This document shows, piece after piece, positions 1 through 6,890 of a stretch of 13,712 nucleotides of DNA. Where the stretch lies: the NCBI GenBank assembly GCA_041562555.1, contig JBFEXS010000059.1, positions 1-13,712 on the forward strand, in the 5' to 3' direction. The notes below the pieces were generated by a model, which saw nothing but the letters and a program-made list of their open reading frames with translations, searched no databases and was not told the DNA's origin. The stretch comes from Sulfurimonadaceae bacterium (lineage in GTDB: Bacteria > Campylobacterota > Campylobacteria > Campylobacterales > Sulfurimonadaceae). Position numbers and translations under genes: made by a program. The first letter of the stretch is position 1. Every line of letters begins with the position of its first letter.

Positions 1-2
1 AA

Positions 3-79
3 TGGTGCGCTCGAAGGGATTCGAACCCCTGACCGCCGGTACCGCAAACCGGTGCTCTATCCAGCTGAGCTACGAACGC
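3..79 (-). tRNA. tRNA-Arg, anticodon GCG
   Basis: The reverse complement GCGTTCGTAGCTCAGCTGGATAGAGCACCGGTTTGCGGTACCGGCGGTCAGGGGTTCGAATCCCTTCGAGCGCACCA folds as a cloverleaf. It has acceptor stem GCGTTCG/CGAGCGC, a D-loop with GG and A20 (Arg identity element), anticodon stem CCGGT/ACCGG with loop TT-GCG-GT (anticodon at + strand 43-45), T-loop GTTCGAATC and an encoded CCA end. Confidence 0.97.
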
Positions 80-113
80 ACGTTCTAAAAATAAACGGTT
101 AATTTATTTTGTA

Positions 114-129
114 GGCCGAAATTATACCA
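114..129 (-). promoter_or_regulatory. Sigma70 extended -10 promoter of tRNA-Arg with GC-rich discriminator
   Basis: The minus strand reads TGGTATAAT (121-129), a perfect TGnTATAAT, followed by TTCGGCC. It lies about 40 nt upstream of the tRNA 5' end, with AT-rich sequence upstream as in Campylobacterota promoters. Confidence 0.8.
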
Positions 130-162
130 TTTATTTCTTAGTTTATATTGAAACTATAAGAC

Positions 163-666
163 TTATTGCATCTTTGATATTTTAAGGGCAAATTCTACTT
201 CTCCCTTGGAAAGTGCAAGTTCTCGTGCAATCGCTTCTTCATCCATTCCCTGCTTATACAAGGAGATGATCTTTTGATCGTCCAGTCCCGTGAGACTCTT
301 TGGCATCGCAATCGACTTAATGCCGTCTTCCACATGCTCCAGGCGGGATTCCATCTGCGTCTTGAAATGCGAAAAGGCAGCTTGTATTTCATTCAGACTA
401 AAGGCGATCGGTTCTGCCATGGAGGAGAGTTCTTTTTCCATCTTCTCCTCTATCTCTTTCGTATTAACCGGTTTGTGGGAAGCCTTGATCACTGATTCAA
501 TCTTCTCTACCTTGCGTTCAAGGGCAAAGAGCTGTTTATTGAAGTTATCCATCGTATTTGCCAAAAAGCGTATCTGACGAGAGTTCTCGCTGTCTCGCAT
601 ATAGGAGTAGACCATTACGACGAAAAGGATCACTCCAAAGGCTATTAATATGATTTCCGTACTCAT
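163..666 (-). CDS. Single-pass membrane protein with coiled coil and C-terminal HTH-like domain (DUF6115/SwrB- or DUF2802/FipA-like; probable Cj0162c orthologue, flagellar-associated)
   Basis: 167 aa. N-terminal TM helix (IILIAFGVILFVVMVYSY), heptad-rich middle, and C-terminal IISLYKQGMDEEAIARELALSKGEVEFALKI typical of this family. ATGA overlap with the upstream gene at 663-666. Third gene after mqnP, matching recalled C. jejuni/H. pylori order. Confidence 0.7.
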   Translation of the reverse strand: MSTEIILIAFGVILFVVMVYSYMRDSENSRQIRFLANTMDNFNKQLFALERKVEKIESVIKASHKPVNTKEIEEKMEKELSSMAEPIAFSLNEIQAAFSHFKTQMESRLEHVEDGIKSIAMPKSLTGLDDQKIISLYKQGMDEEAIARELALSKGEVEFALKISKMQ

Positions 667-1184
667 TCACTCCCCTTTAATTCACGGATCATGACTCTTT
701 CACGTGCCGTCACATAAGCACTCCACTCTTTTTCATCCCTATCATGGATACGTTCGATCTTGGCCAATGCGCTATCCACTGCTATGAAAAAGATACCGAT
801 CTCACGCTGAGGATACGTTGGCATCGTTATACGCCCATAATATCGCTGGGAGGTTTCCAGGACAGAAGCCTCCAATTTGAAAAAGCCAAAACCGATACTC
901 TCGATCTGCTCTGCATAAGAGAGCCCGACACGCGATGGTTTTTCATTTTTGATCAGACGCTCGAGACTGTCTACCTTTCGATGCAATTCGACCAAAAGTT
1001 TCAGGGTGATAGGGTCACTCTCACTGGTCTCACCCCTGGCCTTGGCCAGCTTGAGCCACTGACCAATGGCATCATCATCTGCTTCGGAAAGCGAATGGTA
1101 CTCCCGTTCATGTAGACTTTCATCAGCAATGTCAAAGACGATAGAGATGGGTGCCGTGACCAAACGCGGGATATTCATGATCAT
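663..1184 (-). CDS. flgX: FlgX-like degenerate PilZ-family flagellar stator chaperone (probable Cj0163c orthologue)
   Basis: 173 aa (alternative start ATG 1178). It has WLKLAKARG...LLVELHRKVDSLERLI and a beta-rich C-terminal half (YYGRITMPTYPQREIGIF) resembling C. jejuni FlgX as recalled. It sits directly after mqnP with an ATGA overlap (1181-1184). The c-di-GMP motifs RxxxR and (D/N)xSxxG are not intact. Confidence 0.68.
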   Translation of the reverse strand: MIMNIPRLVTAPISIVFDIADESLHEREYHSLSEADDDAIGQWLKLAKARGETSESDPITLKLLVELHRKVDSLERLIKNEKPSRVGLSYAEQIESIGFGFFKLEASVLETSQRYYGRITMPTYPQREIGIFFIAVDSALAKIERIHDRDEKEWSAYVTARERVMIRELKGSE

Positions 1185-2038
1185 AATGCCTTGTCTAAAA
1201 TGATTAAAATGATAAATATGATACCCAAATATCCATTAACAGTAAAAAAAGCCTTATCGATTTTACTGAAATCCTGATTCACCAGATAATGCTCATAACC
1301 CAACATCAAAGCTGAAAACATCAAGGCGAAATACGCGAAGACATCCAATTTAGCTTCGACGACAAACAGGCTCCAAAACACGATAGTCAAAATATGAAAG
1401 ACTATCGCAAGCCTAAAAGTATTCCGTGCGCCAAAACGTGAAGGGATCGAGTGCAATCCTGCACCCTTATCAAATTCTATATCTTGCAGTGAATAGAGCA
1501 GATCAAATCCCGCTACCCAAAAAAGTACTCCTGCACTCAGATATATTGACCATAAAGGGATAGCCGCTTCCACGGCAACAACACCGGCAATAGGAGCCAA
1601 CCCCAATGAGACCCCTAAGATGATATGGGCGAACACAGAGAACCGCTTAAAATAAGAGTAGGAACCCAGCACGATCAGTATTGGTAGTGACAGGTAAAAG
1701 GCGAGACTGTTGATAAAAAAAGCGATCAGGATGAAAGCGAAGCCATTGATCAACGTAAACCCGAGGATCATATTGGCACTGATACGTCCATCTACACTTG
1801 GCCGGGAAGCGGTACGGGGGTTCTTAGCATCGATATCCCTATCGGCATATCGGTTCAGCCCCATAGCAAAGTTACGTGCAGTGATCGCTGCCAAAGCACC
1901 CATCAACAATAGATACCAGCCAAACCAGCCATCCGCCGAGACGATCATCGCTATAAAGATAAACGGGAGGGAAAAGATAGAGTGTTGGAACATCACCAAC
2001 TCATTAAAATTTTTGACGAAAGAAACAAATCTGTTCAA
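1181..2038 (-). CDS. mqnP: UbiA-family prenyltransferase, menaquinone biosynthesis (futalosine pathway) MqnP
   Basis: 285 aa with multiple TM helices. UbiA Asp-rich motifs NRYADRDIDAKNPRTASRP and YSLQDIEFD. MqnP-type N-terminal HSIFSLPF and C-terminal AFFTVNGYLG. TTG start with SD AGGA 7 nt upstream (2046-2049). Confidence 0.92.
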   Translation of the reverse strand: MNRFVSFVKNFNELVMFQHSIFSLPFIFIAMIVSADGWFGWYLLLMGALAAITARNFAMGLNRYADRDIDAKNPRTASRPSVDGRISANMILGFTLINGFAFILIAFFINSLAFYLSLPILIVLGSYSYFKRFSVFAHIILGVSLGLAPIAGVVAVEAAIPLWSIYLSAGVLFWVAGFDLLYSLQDIEFDKGAGLHSIPSRFGARNTFRLAIVFHILTIVFWSLFVVEAKLDVFAYFALMFSALMLGYEHYLVNQDFSKIDKAFFTVNGYLGIIFIILIILDKAL

Positions 2039-2065
2039 AGCATAATCCTATTCGAATTTGCCGAA

Positions 2066-2074
2066 ATAGTAACA
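2066..2074 (-). promoter_or_regulatory. Putative extended -10 promoter for the mqnP operon
   Basis: Minus strand TGTTACTAT (TGn-TAnnAT), 27 nt upstream of the TTG start and preceded by TTTAAG. Confidence 0.55.
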
Positions 2075-2112
2075 GATTTGGGCTTAAACCCAATAATGCC
2101 GACCAGGCCTTT

Positions 2113-3144
2113 TCAAGAGCGTTTTATCCGTGAAAAAAGTCCGGATTTTTTCTTCGCCTCATCCTCACTTTCCGCAGTTTTTTCTTTTCGTCTGTCTGCA
2201 TTGGCGCACATCTTTGTCATGTGATCGAATACCTCATCAATGCTGTACGGCAGGTTCTCAAACTCAAAGGCTGTCGCCTGCTGAATCGAATAGGTGAAAA
2301 AATCCTTACAGGCCAAGATCGTCGTATCCATCATGCGTAAAAGATTCTCAATACGTTTGATTATACGAACGTTCACACCAACCTTATCGCCAAATACGAC
2401 AGAATTCGAGGCACCGTTCATCTGCAGATAAAAAACATAAAAATAGTACATCAACGCTTTTGCAAACTCTTTTTTATACCGATCATGTTCTGCCATATAA
2501 TAGATCAAGGAACTATATAGACGAAACCTCCCTGATAACAGGGATTTGGCTGTGTATTGTCGAATAAGGTGAAAATGGGCATCATAAAGGGAGTAACGTT
2601 TATTCTCCATCTGCTCGAGTTTTAAACGGACTTTCTCCAGTTCATCAAGATTGATCCTCTCTATCAATTCAGCCTTTTTGATATTTTCCCATTGCAGTTC
2701 CATCAACTCACGATTTTCTTCGCGGACCAGTACCATCTGACCGTCTTGTGGACGCTTTGTCTTGTAAAACCCTCTGCCACATCCCAAACACTTTTTTACT
2801 TCGGCAGGTACAGAGGTATATTTACGTTTACAATGGGGGCATTCATTGTTGGCATTCCCAAGCTTGACATAGGCTTTCTCAAACTTTAATTGAAAGTCAT
2901 CAAAGACTTTGGGATCGGACGGCTGACGTTCTTTTGAGTTCAAGAACATCTTTGCCTGTATCTCGCGTGTTTCATCCGTTTCATTCAAGGCTGCAAGCTG
3001 ATCTACCGAGATAAAAAGCTTGATCTGAGGAAGCTGCTCTTCTTTGGTATGATGAAGCTCCTCATCAACCTCTTCAACGGCTTCCTCGATCTCTTCACTA
3101 TAATCAATCTTTTTAGCTTTTTTAATCTTCAATAGTTTTAACAT
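2113..3144 (-). CDS. Hypothetical protein (343 aa) with CxxC-x13-CxxC zinc ribbon and helical/TPR-like C-terminal domain
   Basis: Long ORF. ATG 3144 with SD GAGGG (3150-3154) is preferred over TTG 3156. CPHC...CLGC at 2779-2841, an acidic low-complexity N-terminal region, basic amphipathic termini and no TM helix. Confidence 0.75.
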   Translation of the reverse strand: MLKLLKIKKAKKIDYSEEIEEAVEEVDEELHHTKEEQLPQIKLFISVDQLAALNETDETREIQAKMFLNSKERQPSDPKVFDDFQLKFEKAYVKLGNANNECPHCKRKYTSVPAEVKKCLGCGRGFYKTKRPQDGQMVLVREENRELMELQWENIKKAELIERINLDELEKVRLKLEQMENKRYSLYDAHFHLIRQYTAKSLLSGRFRLYSSLIYYMAEHDRYKKEFAKALMYYFYVFYLQMNGASNSVVFGDKVGVNVRIIKRIENLLRMMDTTILACKDFFTYSIQQATAFEFENLPYSIDEVFDHMTKMCANADRRKEKTAESEDEAKKKSGLFSRIKRS

Positions 3145-3168
3145 AACAACCCTCAAACATTTTCAATC

Positions 3169-3174
3169 AGTATA
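3169..3174 (-). promoter_or_regulatory. Putative -10 box for the Zn-ribbon gene
   Basis: Minus strand TATACT 24 nt upstream of ATG 3144, within an 83-bp intergenic gap. Confidence 0.4.
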
Positions 3175-3227
3175 CTCAACAATGATCAACCGTCATCTAA
3201 CATATATTGCATCTGCCACCCATTATA

Positions 3228-4112
3228 TCACGATGCATCCGCTTTTTCAAACGATTCATAAATCTTCATCCTTGACAGGTCCGGATTGTAAAAACGATCT
3301 ATGTCACGCATAAACTCAAGAAAGTCCTTTTGGACATTCCTGTTCTCAAAAGCCTGTATATGGCCCGCACCTTTAACGATCCAAAACTCTTTGGGCTGCC
3401 TTGATGCCTCAAAAAGCTGCCATGAATTATTCGCAGAGATAACATGGTCCAAGGAACCATGCATCAATAGAAGGGGCTTGTCTACCATACCTATCTTCTC
3501 AATGGCATCGTAGCCTCCCTCAAGACTTAAAAAAGGGATCCATTGAAACGGCCAGGTGAGCCAGATACTGTTCATCTTCTCCTGAGCGATCTCGGCAAAT
3601 CCGGCAAAGGTAGAATCAATGACAACGGCACGGATATGCTCATTGTCCCGATCTTCCAAGGCATTGAGCAGCATGGTTCCCCCCAAAGACTGACCACAAA
3701 CCACGTAATCACCCCTATAACGCTTCTCTACAGTATCCAAAGCAGCTTTGGTGTCATCAACACTTCCTTGCAAGTCGATTTCTCCCTGACTTTTCCCATA
3801 GGCTCTATAGTCAAAGATGAAGAGTTCAAATCCCTCCTCCACCAACCAAACCCAAGAGGTAAAGTGGGAACTTAGATTTTGTGCATTCCCATGGGCGACA
3901 AACAGCATGCCTTTGGAAGTCCCTTTTGGATAGATATGCCATCCATGCAGGGACGTCCCGTCATCAGAGTCAAAAAAGACATCTTCATAGGACAAATGAT
4001 AAAAATCAGGAGTACGGTAGAGAAGCTTATCCGGAAAAAAGAAATGGGAGGAGCAGCCTTGAAGACTCAAGACCATGACCAAGGCAAACGCACATTGCTT
4101 AAGATGCTCCAT
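3228..4112 (-). CDS. Lipoprotein alpha/beta hydrolase (YfhR/ABHD13-like serine esterase/peptidase)
   Basis: Probable start ATG 4112 (294 aa). Signal peptide with lipobox LQG-C, HGNAQN oxyanion region, FDYRAYGKSQG, nucleophile elbow GQSLG, Asp in HGSLD and His in GAGH. The start overlaps the upstream gene by 14 nt. Confidence 0.88.
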   Translation of the reverse strand: MEHLKQCAFALVMVLSLQGCSSHFFFPDKLLYRTPDFYHLSYEDVFFDSDDGTSLHGWHIYPKGTSKGMLFVAHGNAQNLSSHFTSWVWLVEEGFELFIFDYRAYGKSQGEIDLQGSVDDTKAALDTVEKRYRGDYVVCGQSLGGTMLLNALEDRDNEHIRAVVIDSTFAGFAEIAQEKMNSIWLTWPFQWIPFLSLEGGYDAIEKIGMVDKPLLLMHGSLDHVISANNSWQLFEASRQPKEFWIVKGAGHIQAFENRNVQKDFLEFMRDIDRFYNPDLSRMKIYESFEKADAS

Positions 4113-4614
4113 TGCTAGCAGCAAATCCCAATGCAGTCAAAAAAATGCCCAAAAAAGAGAAGATCGCCAACCAGATGAAAATATGGATAATGACCGCTAC
4201 CCATATAGCCCACTCATTATATCCACCGACCAGACGCATCGTCTCAATGCGCTTTTGCTCATCGTCAATGATGGCCTCCGCCTCAGCTCTTTTCTCTTTA
4301 TAGTTCTTATATACGAAGTAAGGAGCGTATCCTCCGGTCAAAACCCATAAGATCAAGCCTCCAAAGGGGATGATCCCTATGACCAGTGTCAACACAAACA
4401 AGACGACTGCAGCTAGATAAGCCTTACGATACAGAAGATAGAAGAACGAACCGAAGAACGCCCACCAGGACCAATTCCATTTGATGACATCCACACCATT
4501 GATATTATACTTTTTAAAAGCGTTTACATACCATTGTGTGACCTCGGGCTTATCGATATAAGCCTCGATCATACGATATTCATAGTCATCTACAGGTGCA
4601 TATTTATTTGACAT
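4099..4614 (-). CDS. DUF2628-like membrane protein, paralogue 2
   Basis: 171 aa from ATG 4614 (TTG 4620 is an alternative). Signature WNWSWWAFFGSFFYLLYRKAY followed by TM helices and a final hydrophobic helix. Confidence 0.8.
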   Translation of the reverse strand: MSNKYAPVDDYEYRMIEAYIDKPEVTQWYVNAFKKYNINGVDVIKWNWSWWAFFGSFFYLLYRKAYLAAVVLFVLTLVIGIIPFGGLILWVLTGGYAPYFVYKNYKEKRAEAEAIIDDEQKRIETMRLVGGYNEWAIWVAVIIHIFIWLAIFSFLGIFLTALGFAASNGAS

Positions 4615-5033
4615 ATTCAATACCCCTGGTTGGTATTTCCATATTCTGGTTGCATCTGATATTCATACTGTGCGGCGTCATCGCTTATGCTCGCTGCTTT
4701 GGGGATAGCAACTGCAGCGATAATACCCAATAGAACAATGACAGGGAGTATCCAAGCCGCCCAGGCATTGTAGCCACCCAGCTGCTGCATCATTCCAATA
4801 CGTTGATTCTCATCTTGTACCGCTGCCTCGATCTGCTGTTTCTTCGTTTGATATGTCTTATACACAAAATAAGTAGAGAACCCCCCGGCCAGGATATTGA
4901 TGATCAAACCTGCTCCGGGGAAAAATGAAGCGGCCAAGCCCATGAGAAAAAGGCCTCCCGCCGCAGCATAAGCCTTACGGTACAGTAGAAAAAGCACTCC
5001 ACCAAAGAATGCCCACCAGGACCAATTCCATTT
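4460..5033. repeat. Direct repeat from tandem gene duplication (23-nt identity)
   Basis: gcccaccaggaccaattccattt occurs at 4460-4482 and 5011-5033. ataagccttacg(a/g)tacag starts at 4417 and 4968. Both pairs are 551 nt apart. Confidence 0.9.
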
Positions 5034-5240
5034 CATGGTATCAACACCATTGACATTGTATTTTGAAAAAGCATTGGCATACCAAAATCCCTTTTCAGGA
5101 TTATCCGGTTTGCCAACAAAGGCCTCGAGCATTCGTGCTTCATAATCGCTGCTTAGTTCGCCTGAACCATCACTATTCGCTTCGGCACGCGCTTTAGACT
5201 GAGCTTTAAATGCCTCGATATCACTTTGATGATCTTCCAT
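4617..5240 (-). CDS. DUF2628-like membrane protein, paralogue 1, with C-terminal type IV pilin-like helix
   Basis: 207 aa. SD AAGGAG at 5246-5251, signature WNWSWWAFFGGVLFLLYRKAY, TM helices, and C-terminal VIVLLGIIAAVAIPK. Confidence 0.82.
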   Translation of the reverse strand: MEDHQSDIEAFKAQSKARAEANSDGSGELSSDYEARMLEAFVGKPDNPEKGFWYANAFSKYNVNGVDTMKWNWSWWAFFGGVLFLLYRKAYAAAGGLFLMGLAASFFPGAGLIINILAGGFSTYFVYKTYQTKKQQIEAAVQDENQRIGMMQQLGGYNAWAAWILPVIVLLGIIAAVAIPKAASISDDAAQYEYQMQPEYGNTNQGY

Positions 5241-5344
5241 CTTTTCTCCTTAATACAAACCATATTTTGCCTAATAGTATATATTCTAAAACTTTAAATA
5301 ACATTTTTTACTCACTCACTCTTTTAAATATACGACCTTAGATA

Positions 5345-5353
5345 TGCTAAAAT
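5345..5353 (+). promoter_or_regulatory. Extended -10 promoter of miaA (leaderless architecture)
   Basis: TGCTAAAAT (TGn-TAAAAT) ends at 5353, with 7 nt separating it from ATG 5361. There is no SD in between. Confidence 0.7.
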
Positions 5354-5360
5354 CTCATCT

Positions 5361-6257
5361 ATGAAAGAAATTGCGCTCATCGGACCTACTGCTTCGGGGA
5401 AAAGTGACCTCGCCCTGCGACTTGCCTTGGAGTATGATGCTTACATCCTTTCCCTGGATTCCCTCTCTTTATATAAAGAGATTGATATCGCCTCCGCCAA
5501 ACCTTCCAAAGAAGAACTCGCTACCGTCAAACACTTCGGAATAGACCTCATCCGACCCTATGAGGAGTTCTCTGTTAGTATCTTTATACAGGAATACCTC
5601 AAACTCAAACAACGGTGTGAAGATGAGAAGAAGAACCTTGTCATCGTGGGAGGAAGCAGCTTTTATCTGCGCACACTGCTTCAAGGGCTCTCTCCAATCC
5701 CCGACTATTCCCACGAGACGATAGAGAAGGTCAAAACCCTATTACATGACCTTCCAAAGGCATATCAACTGCTTGTGCAAGCGGATCAAGAGCATATGCA
5801 AGGAATAGAGCCCACCGACCGCTACCGTATTGAGAAGATGCTGCTAATCTACATAGAGACCGGCCTGAGCCCGACGGAATACTTCAGGCTCCATCCTGCC
5901 AAACCTGTCATCTCAGACCTGCCTATCTACGAGATCGATGTGGATAGGATCTACCTCAAAGAACGTATCATCCTGCGTACCCGGAAAATGATCGATATGG
6001 GTCTGATCGACGAAGTCTGCGATCTTGAGTACCGATACACCCGTTCACCAAATGCCCTGAAAGCCATCGGTATCATCGAAGTATATGACTATCTTGATGG
6101 AAGATGTTCCCTGGAAGAGATGGGAGAAAACATTATCACCCATACAGCCCAACTGGCTAAAAAACAACAGACCTTTAACCGTAATCAGTTTCCGAACCGA
6201 AAGCTGTTAAACACAGAAGAGATCTATACAGATGCACACAAGTATTTTACTACCTAA
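5361..6257 (+). CDS. miaA: tRNA (adenosine(37)-N6)-dimethylallyltransferase
   Basis: 298 aa. GPTASGKS P-loop, DSLSLYK..DIASAKP, HFGID, VGGSSFY, MIDMGLIDEV, KAIG and TAQLAKKQQTF. Confidence 0.96.
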   Translation: MKEIALIGPTASGKSDLALRLALEYDAYILSLDSLSLYKEIDIASAKPSKEELATVKHFGIDLIRPYEEFSVSIFIQEYLKLKQRCEDEKKNLVIVGGSSFYLRTLLQGLSPIPDYSHETIEKVKTLLHDLPKAYQLLVQADQEHMQGIEPTDRYRIEKMLLIYIETGLSPTEYFRLHPAKPVISDLPIYEIDVDRIYLKERIILRTRKMIDMGLIDEVCDLEYRYTRSPNALKAIGIIEVYDYLDGRCSLEEMGENIITHTAQLAKKQQTFNRNQFPNRKLLNTEEIYTDAHKYFTT

Positions 6258-6266
6258 GGAGATATC

Positions 6267-6890
6267 ATGAGAATAAAACTGTTACTGACACTGCTTGCAC
6301 TTACGGGTGCGCTTTATGCCCAAGAAGTAGAAGAGATGGAACCCATGGAAGAGATTTCATCTTCTGAGAAATCCGGACTCTATTTTGGTGTAGACCTTTT
6401 TAATGCGGACCTATCCTATACATTTCAGAATACCAGTTTCAACACCAGTATCGACCATGACACAAAAAGCAAGGGCTTTCGTCTAAAGATGGGTACACGT
6501 GCCGAGGACAACTGGAGGGTACAGGGGCATCTGTCTGTTGAGAACATCGATGACAACATCTTTAGCCTGACAGGAAACGACGGTGATCTTGTTGAACTTG
6601 GTGCCGATGTCATAAAGGCTTTTGAGCTGAGTGACAGCTTCTCACTTTACATCCTGGGAGGAGTCAGTTACGGGTCCATGAGCGTTAAGGGCTACAATGA
6701 GGACACCATCAATAACCTTGGCCTTAAACTAGGCACAGGAGTCCTGTTTGCCATCAATGAGACCCTTGAACTGACAGCAGGGATCGACTTCAAGTATCGT
6801 GCTTGGACCGACGTACAGTTATTGGGTCAGACTATAGAAACTTCTGACAGTTCTTCCTATCCCTATCTTGGAATCAATATTCACTTTTAA
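6267..6890 (+). CDS. Outer-membrane beta-barrel protein (8-stranded OmpA/OmpW-like porin family)
   Basis: 207 aa. Sec signal peptide (ends LYA-Q), SD AAGGAG overlapping the miaA stop, amphipathic beta-strands (GLYFGVDL, LYILGGVSYG, LELTAGIDFKY) and C-terminal beta-signal YLGINIHF. Confidence 0.85.
   Translation: MRIKLLLTLLALTGALYAQEVEEMEPMEEISSSEKSGLYFGVDLFNADLSYTFQNTSFNTSIDHDTKSKGFRLKMGTRAEDNWRVQGHLSVENIDDNIFSLTGNDGDLVELGADVIKAFELSDSFSLYILGGVSYGSMSVKGYNEDTINNLGLKLGTGVLFAINETLELTAGIDFKYRAWTDVQLLGQTIETSDSSSYPYLGINIHF

Noticed and set aside
88..110. AT-only inverted repeat aaaataaa-N7-tttatttt in the tRNA leader as a terminator
   Set aside because: An all-A/U stem is too weak, it lies downstream of the tRNA promoter, and it is expected by chance in AT-rich DNA.
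2133..2151. Near-palindrome aaaaaagtccggatttttt at the end of the Zn-ribbon gene
   Set aside because: It lies within coding sequence (KKSGLF) and consists mostly of A/T runs, so it is likely coincidental.
4417..5033. Direct repeats as CRISPR repeats or att sites
   Set aside because: There are only two copies, each in the same reading frame within paralogous genes, with no spacers, cas genes or integrase.
2075..5344. Accessory block as a mobile element or prophage remnant
   Set aside because: No transposase or integrase, no flanking direct or inverted repeats found, and base composition looks similar to the flanks by eye.
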